From Paraspadella gotoi (taxonomy: Eukaryota > Animalia > Chaetognatha), in NCBI GenBank assembly GCA_051294375.1, contig CM119264.1, positions 17,558,278 through 17,622,277 of the forward strand: 64,000 nt of DNA, written 5' to 3'. The notes beneath the pieces are model-generated. The model was not told the origin of the DNA. It searched no databases and was given only the letters and a program-made list of their open reading frames with translations. A program made the position numbers and the translations under genes. Within the stretch, counting starts at the first letter, position 1. The number at the start of each line of letters is the position of its first letter. This document shows, one piece after another, positions 56,430-64,000 of this stretch.

Positions 56430-58140
56430 TTATTCAAGAAAGCGAGGCGTTGCGGCGGATCGGATTAAAGGCGGCGTCTTGACCGTGACGAAACTTGATC
56501 CGGAGCGATTTCCGAAGAAAAACCTCTCCGGTGGGAGCACGGCGTCCTGCATCGCCCACGCGATCGGACGGCGCTTCGACAAAACCCGAACGTCGAACTT
56601 CAACAAGCGCAGCGCTTGAACGCGGTTGCCTGGATGCGCAATATCGCGTAGCCGGCGAGCCAGCGAGGAGATGCGCTCCACCCACCTATCCGCTGAAATA
56701 CCCGCCTTGGATGGCGTCCGACAAAAGGCGTAGTCGTCGGCGACAAAAAGAGCGGCGGTGACCCGACGCGCCCCGGCCTCCTGCATGTGCGGTAAATGTT
56801 GACAGGTTAGAAGGAATAACTTGGTGTAGATAGCCAGCTTCGGAAGGCGGGATCAAAACACCGTCGTGACTGGAAGTAGAAACGACGCCGGTGAAGGCGT
56901 GGTCCACCAACGACGGAAGGCGCCGAGGTGCGGGAGTTGTGCGAGACTCCAGCTTCTCGCCAACTCCCCTGACTCGAGACGTGACGAAGCGAACGCCATT
57001 GCTTCGAACTCCATCAGACGGCGACGCCGCTCCTTTGGCGCGGGCTGAAGTCGTAGAAAGGCCGATCGACGTATGGGTCGGACCTACCTCTCATCTCCCG
57101 AATGAGGGGTGTTGTCCAGTCCCGGAGCTGATGCGCTGCCTGTGTGCCGTCCAGGCGGTGAAGGCCGACGCGTTGCGTCAGAGGGCCGAGCAGGAAGCCC
57201 GTGGGCGGGACTGCTCTCTGGGAAGCGAAGGACTGTCAAGGACACCAGCGGCGAGGGAAAGGCGAAGTGAAGTCGTCCGTTTCGAATAGAATTCACATGG
57301 AACGTAAGCAAAAAACGATAATGTAGATTCACATATCAATGAGGAACCCCCCTTCTTTCTCTCTATCCAGCAAATATTCACAAAAAAGAAATAATTTGAA
57401 ACTAAACACACAGAAAAAAACAGAAACGAAACCACACCGCGACCACACCACCCGGAGGGAAAGGGGCGGGCGCGGGCAGAATGTGGGGGTCGTTTTCGAT
57501 AAGAATCATAATTCGCCATTCAGAATACAGTTCTCTTTGCGAAACCCCCCCCAATTAGCATCGTACGAGAAAAACGCGGTATAATCCGTCGATTCGGGCG
57601 TAGTGAACAAAATATAAAAAATAAAAAAACGAAAGAAAGAAAGAAAAGAGAAACAAAAAATTCGATGGATGGCAAATAAGAGAAGCAAAACGACTATCGA
57701 ATAAAAGAAATCCCACACTTAAGCTCACCGGGAAATCTTTCCATCTCCTGGCGAAGCGAATCCCGCATTTCTTGAAAAACCGTTTGAGGGGTCCTTCAAA
57801 AACTTCCAGGGCCTCCAGCCGTGTTTGCGGCTCGCCTCCCAGGGCTGCGTGTGGCTGTCCACCCCCGAACGACACACTGGTGCCGGGTGCAGGCGCGCCC
57901 TGCGCGCGCGGCCCGAGCTCCGTAACCGGGGGTAAGGAGACAGCGCCTAAAGCAGAGGAGGGGTGGAGAGACACCGACCGGGGCGCGAGGCATCTGGGCG
58001 ACGCAGTCGGCACGTGAACTCCTCAGCGGCCCTCAACCCTTGCGTCGAAACCAAGATTTCGTCGAACTGCAGATGCGCGATCCTTCTCGAGATTAATCGG
58101 GCTGCGAATCTTCGATCGTCGATAAAACAAAAGAGACGAG
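56430..58140 (-). pseudogene. DIRS ORF1 (gag-like), fragmented, with probable intron
   Basis: Called mainly from its position between the 5' ITR and RT, plus GC-rich open fragments (e.g. ...RRPIAWAMQDAVLPPERFFFG). No diagnostic motif; boundaries approximate. Confidence 0.55.
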
Positions 58141-58253
58141 CGTGAAGTTCAAAACGATATGAAAAGTAATAATATCGAAGGAAAGTCTCCGTAATAATCG
58201 AAAAAAGCGCATAAAAAGAAGCGAAACGCCTGATCACATAGCGCGAAAAAAGA

Positions 58254-58463
58254 AGTGGACGCGTCCCGGGCTCAGCAGCACTTGCGACAGGAGTGATGCA
58301 GCGTCGGGATAATGGGCCTGCAGAGCTCTGCTGCCGCTGAGGCCGGGGACGAGTATTTTTTATCGTTTGACTTTTGTTTCTGATTTCACATGTCTGGTAC
58401 CAGGCGCGGCTGTCTCGCCTTTTGGGGGAGACAAAGGCTAATGTGGGGGGGTATTGAATAGAA
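58254..58463. repeat. DIRS 5' inverted terminal repeat
   Basis: AGTGGACGCGTCC...TCGTTTGACTTTTGTTTCTG...TTTCACATGTCTGG...AAAGGCTAATGTGGGGGGG is the reverse complement of the left end. Confidence 0.9.
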
Positions 58464-58803
58464 ATCTATTCACTTTGTTTTTACCACCGTTTTAAAAACA
58501 ATTCTTTCCTTCTAAAACTTTTTATTATCCGCCATTTATTCCGCGCTTCTTCTCTCAATACCAAAATCCCAAATTACATCTGAGATTCGTGAGATTTTTT
58601 GAGAAAATGTGGAAGAATAACTTACTTGACCTGGCATTTCGATGGCCGTTGCGGGGCAACGAGTAAACAATGTCGTAAGAACATACCTATAACGCGTTTG
58701 ATGGCCAACGAAAAGTTACGTGTATAAAAAAATCACTTACCGAGATCACGCCGATATAACAAGAGTTGACCGATATATTAGCGATATCGTGGCGGAAAAC
58801 CTT

Positions 58804-58847
<44 letters not shown>

Positions 58848-58861
58848 CTCTCTTCTTCTCT

Positions 58862-58906
<45 letters not shown>

Positions 58907-58958
58907 TTACAAAAAAAATTTATTCACTTGTAAAACGAGTAAACGAGTTCCGCGCTCT

Positions 58959-59016
<58 letters not shown>

Positions 59017-60346
59017 CTCCTCTATCTTTCTCTCTATCTGTCTCTCTCTCTCTTTCTCTCTTTCTATCTCCTTTTTTTTGGTACAAAAATAATTATTTAG
59101 TACCCTTAATTTTTCACCTCCGTATTAAACGAGTTCCGGCTCTCTCTATCTCTCTCTCTCTCTTTTTTTTCTTATAACAAAATAAAATTGTTAGTCACTT
59201 TTTTTTCACCAGGCGGGACGAGTAACACGAGTAAACGAGTTCCGGCTCTCGTCTCAGCTTTCTTCTCTCGTCTCTCTCTCATCTCTGTCTCTCTCTCCTT
59301 CTGTCTCTCTTCCATGTCGACCGTTCGTTTTATTGAAAATTGATTCATTATCTTATCTTTTCCTTTCTAAAAAACTAATTATTTATCGCCATTTATTTTT
59401 TTTTCTCTATACAAAATACCAAAATTTACATTCCAGAATTTTCTATGATTCATCTTTTAGAAAAAAATGGCAGAGCAATGTCACATGTACATCAGCTTGC
59501 TGCTGTACATAATAGCTGCATATATGTCCGGCAATTGCGCGCGCTGATTAAATTATAATTGCATATATAACTTTTAACAAAAAAAAAAAATTTTTGTCTT
59601 TTGTTTATTACTGCTAACTTTTGGACCGGTCGGCCCATATTCGGCAAGATTATAATCTAAAATAGAGAGTTGGAGAAGAGGAGATAATTGGTCAAATTAA
59701 CCTTTCCTTTTTATGATTTATTCTAACAATTTTTAAACTTTTAAAAATTGTAAATTTTTATTTTTAGTGTATGTAGTATTTAATCATTCATTATTCTTTT
59801 TTTTAAAATCATAATTATTTGGTTGGGGAATAAATATTTAATAAAATTAGTTAAATATGCCAAATATGAAATTTGACATCGAGTCTGGTTTCTTTCTTAA
59901 AAAAAAGAACAATCTAAAATTTCATTTCAAGATTAAAACTCTTTTTAACGATGGAGGACATAAATTTTTTTTGATAACGTAAGAAAAAATATTAGAAAGG
60001 AAAAGAGTTTTCGTCCCTCATTCAGCATACGTCGGAAAACGAGGTTCAGCTCTGCAGGGCCGTCCAGCCTTCGTCTCTCATCTCGTTCTCCTCTCTCTTC
60101 TCTCTCGTCTCTCTTCTCTCTCTCATCTCTCTCTCTCTTCTCTTTTTTCTGTTCTATTTATTCCTGCCATTTATTCCCGCGCTTTTTTCTCAATACAAAA
60201 TCCCAATAATTTAATCTGCAGATTTTTCTGTGACATTTTTTTTCTTTAAAAATTTTGATTATTCTTTATATAAACGGACGTGAAACTGACAGCCTCTCTC
60301 ACTTCTTTCTCTCTTCTCTCTCCTCTCTCAGTCTCTCTCTCTCCTC

Positions 60347-60378
<32 letters not shown>

Positions 60379-62850
60379 TCATCTCTCTCTCTATTCTACC
60401 TACAATCTATTTTTTTCTGTTTCGCTAATGACTGTCGTTGTTATTTTGTTTGCTCGACTTTTTCCTTTTTCTTATTCTTAATCAGTCGTCGCGCAAAAAA
60501 GACGTCGTCTGTGAATAAAAAACAATAAACGGATTGTTTATTCGTCTTCCATTTGTCTTTTCTTTTTTTTTTTTTTTTTTGGACGAGTCGGTTTCTGTCT
60601 CCCGACATCATCCCTAAGAAATAATATTTCCTTCTTTCTATTTACGTATTCTTTTTGAATGCAGCAAAAATGCTTTTCCAATAGTTCGCGGCCCCTTTTT
60701 TTTCCTGGTATTTACAGTATTTAGAGTTGATGGTTAATGCAATAGTTTTCCGAGAATGCGTTTCCATTTAATATTTTATCGCTCACTCGTTATATCAATA
60801 CGACTCTCCCTCGATTTCTTATCGCTTCTCTTATTTTTTTTTTATTTTCAAAAGAAAACAAGAAGCGATATAATGACAAATTGATTTTTAATTTTCTTAA
60901 CTATCGACTTCAAAAAAAATAATTGAATATTGATTTAATTATGATCTGTGTCCGATATACTTTTCTACAAATATATATTTATCGACAGTATTACTTATTA
61001 GATCGCGAATAAAAGAGAGAGACCGCGTCAAAAGGAGTTTTCGTGAGAGGCTTCGAAACTGGCAAGGGGCGTTGATGAGGATTAAGAAAGGAATTCGGAA
61101 TTAGATTGAGGGAAAATCGCGTCGAAACTGGCGCCAGTCCGAAGCTTCGCCTTCATTAATCGTTGTCGTTCGTCGTCGTCGTCGTCGGTCTGAGTCGTCG
61201 TCCACTTTGTTGTCGTCATCGTCGTCGCTGCATCTCGGATTACTGTGACAAGTTTGTTTTGTTTTTTTTGTTTTTTTTTATGACGTCACCGTGTACGTCA
61301 TTGTGTACGACGTTCCTGCGTGCTCGTGTTCAACAATCTCCCGTACACGGTCGAAGTATATATTAATAATTTCTTTTTAAAAAGTGTATATCGAAGCCTG
61401 TGTTTGTCTCTCAATGTTTTTGCCAAGGCCTCCGTAATCATTAAGCAGTAAGATTTTAATTGCGAAATGTAAAACAAGAAATGAAAACTTGAAAAAGAGG
61501 GAAGGCCATTACGATTTATTTCCCTTATAAATGTTGGAAAGAGGGAGAAGAGGAGCGGGGGAATTTAGTATTTTGAGTGCGGCTCGGATCGAAATAGTTA
61601 AATTTAGCTATATACCGTATCTAAATGAAATAATGAAACATTTGATCGATATGTTACTGCGTATGTTTATCCATACGTCAGAGTAAACACTAAATTTTAC
61701 GCCCATCCCAAAATAGGCTCAAAACGATATTTTGGCGGAACGCATGCGCAGGCTCGACCGACTTCGAAGACGAGCTACGTAAATATCGATAAAAACGGTG
61801 CATTACCTTTGGGAGGGATGAAGTTTTATCCCCCGGAAAGACGAAAAGATTCCGAAATTCGAGTCGCGGCGAATATTTTTTTTTATCGTTTTTGTTTACG
61901 ACTGACCCGACGTTTGAGCGCTTGCGCCGTCAGGCCACCGAATGATCGTCGATGGCATTTATGGCGATTTTCACGAACGGCATCTATTGCCACTTTCAAT
62001 GCTGACCGCAAGCATCGATCGCATCACGGCTCCAAAAGTTATTTTTGTTAATATGATTCACGTTTCACATTTCTGTTCCCATCGAAATTTACCGTCAAAA
62101 TTCGCCATTCCTAACTGTCTTAAAGAAGAAGAGAAGAGAGAGAGAGAGAGAGAGAGAAGAGAGAGAAGAGAGAAAGAGAGAGAGAGAGGAGAGAGAGAGA
62201 CGAAGAGGAGAGAGAAGTGTCATTTCGTCATATTGATGAATAAAGATCAAGTTACGCGGGAAAAAATCCGTTAAGATAGATGAAGAAATGACGATAAGAG
62301 TAAAACTACGATGGTTGAAAGACACGAATAGTGTGATGAAACACATTGAAACGCGATGATGAAGACGACATTGAAAACGACGTATGGAGCCGAGATGAAG
62401 ACGAGATGAAAACGCGGATGAAGACGACGATTGGAAAACGACGATGAAAACGACGAAAAAAAAACCCGGGGGCACGAGACGAAAACCGGGAGATAAAAAA
62501 GTTGGAGCGCGCGAAAAATGTTGCGGAGCCGAGGAAAGGGAAAAGCGCGTGAATGCAGTTTCATGGTGCGGGCCGGATGAGGAGGAGGAGGAGGAGGATG
62601 AGGAGGAGGAGGATGAAAATATTGTGGAAGAGGAGGAAGAACAAAAAGGAAAAGGAAAAGAAAGAGGTGGAGGAGGAGGAGGAAGAGGAGGGGGAAAGGG
62701 ATGAGAAATAAGCCGGGGACGTAAACGAAATGGGGAGAAGGGTCGACCATAAAAGGAGGTGGAGGGAAGATTCGTGAAAAGCGCTCCCCTTTATTTAAAA
62801 TAGCTTTTCAAAGTGTTCTTTGAAATAACATAGACTAAAACCAAAAAAAA

Positions 62851-63199
62851 AATAACAAACACCGGACAATTTGTCAGTATGATTTGAACTGACATCTCGC
62901 GGATTCTCGACGTTACTTTCGACTCACAGCTTGATAACTTTTCTTAAAGCTTTTTTTATTTTAGACGTTTGAAGGTTGAGCGCACGTCTCTGATTTCATG
63001 AATTATGTATCAACAAATAATTTACTCACTAATCAAGCGAGAAACAAATTCACGTGTTTTTTTTTTTAAATCTTAGAATTTTAACGTCTGAAGTAAAAAA
63101 AAACACGTTCGTCCCATCCTTTGAAAAACTAAATTTAAATTATTTTAAGTCTTATATTGTATACAATTCAGTCAGTTGACTTCTTTCGAAAGCTCGTTA
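62851..63199 (-). repeat. Right arm of long inverted repeat pair
   Basis: Reverse complement of 51886-52242, with scattered small indels. Confidence 0.9.
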
Positions 63200-63633
63200 A
63201 AGCGTATTTATTTCATCTAAAGGCTTCACTGAGCCTTTCTTGACTCTTGACCGACATTCCTACCTTTTAATGGAAGTGAAGACTTGATAGTTTTCGTTCA
63301 AAATCTTATCTCTCTTCTGCGTCGTCGTCTTTGTGTCTCACGAAATATAGTACTATTTGGCAAAAAGGCTTTTGATTTACATCACCGACAAAATTCGAAG
63401 GCTTTCTGGGATCTTCATTCTTTAGTGATCGCTTATCCTCCGCAATTTTGGCAACGAATTAATTTTTCTACTAATTAATATCCATGCGCTTCTCCTTCAC
63501 TTATTCTTGGCTAAATTATCAATTTCAACGGTGAGAGCTTTATTGGCCGTCGTTCGAAGCTAACGATCCCTCCAATTCCCCGGTCGCCGAGGGAGAGAGA
63601 GAGAGAAAGAGAAGAGGAGAAGAGAGAGAGAGA

Positions 63634-63679
<46 letters not shown>

Positions 63680-63684
63680 AGGGA

Positions 63685-63719
<35 letters not shown>

Positions 63720-64000
63720 TGTAATTTGCATATCGCGGTGAAGCTGATTGCTTCGACGGCGAATCGATGGGAGGTGACGTAAGAGTCGTAAGTTCCAGAG
63801 TGAGAAAAAAAACCGTCTTTGGCGCGAAGACTAATCGACTCCAAGATCCTCACGACCCGACTGTGAAATCTCTCACTCTCTGGGATGTAGAGAGAGAGAG
63901 AGAGAGAGAGACGTTTGGTTTCTTGACAGAGAGGGCGCGAGGCGGACGATTGGTCAAAGTTAGCTAAGGCGAAGATTTTACACGGGGGCATTAACGTAGC

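Larger units (their letters stand above)
53165..58463 (-). mobile_element. DIRS1-like tyrosine-recombinase retrotransposon, apparently full length, frameshifted as assembled
   Basis: GC-rich 5.3-kb island bounded by ITRs of about 200 bp. Minus-strand domain order is gag-like, RT, RNase H, MT-like, tyrosine recombinase, which is the established DIRS1-group architecture. Outer boundaries are uncertain by a few bp. Confidence 0.9.

Overview
This window is eukaryotic, probably invertebrate, genomic DNA. It is AT-rich, saturated with (GA)n/(TC)n microsatellites and not obviously CpG-depleted. It has ten N-gaps and patches of indel-noisy sequence. Most of the supplied ORFs are low-complexity artefacts. 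Four things are well supported. (1) A spliced minus-strand immunoglobulin-superfamily gene with six exons reconstructed by hand between about 4.1 and 23.6 kb: signal peptide, V-type Ig, C2-type Ig and further Ig-like domains. Splice phases are consistent, and there are apparent indels in exons 3 and 6. (2) An 817-bp miniature LTR retrotransposon (TRIM-like) at 2917-3733 with a 4-bp target site duplication (TSD), a PBS-like motif and hairpin-rich LTRs. (3) A roughly 5.3-kb DIRS1-like tyrosine-recombinase retrotransposon on the minus strand (about 53165-58463) with inverted terminal repeats (ITRs). It carries gag, RT, RNase H, methyltransferase-like and recombinase motifs, plus a probable spliceosomal intron in gag. 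(4) That DIRS element sits in a degenerate satellite, itself enclosed by a pair of roughly 350-bp inverted repeats spanning about 11.3 kb. No rRNA, tRNA or CRISPR array was recognised. No database search or alignment program was run, so all calls come from reading the sequence by eye.
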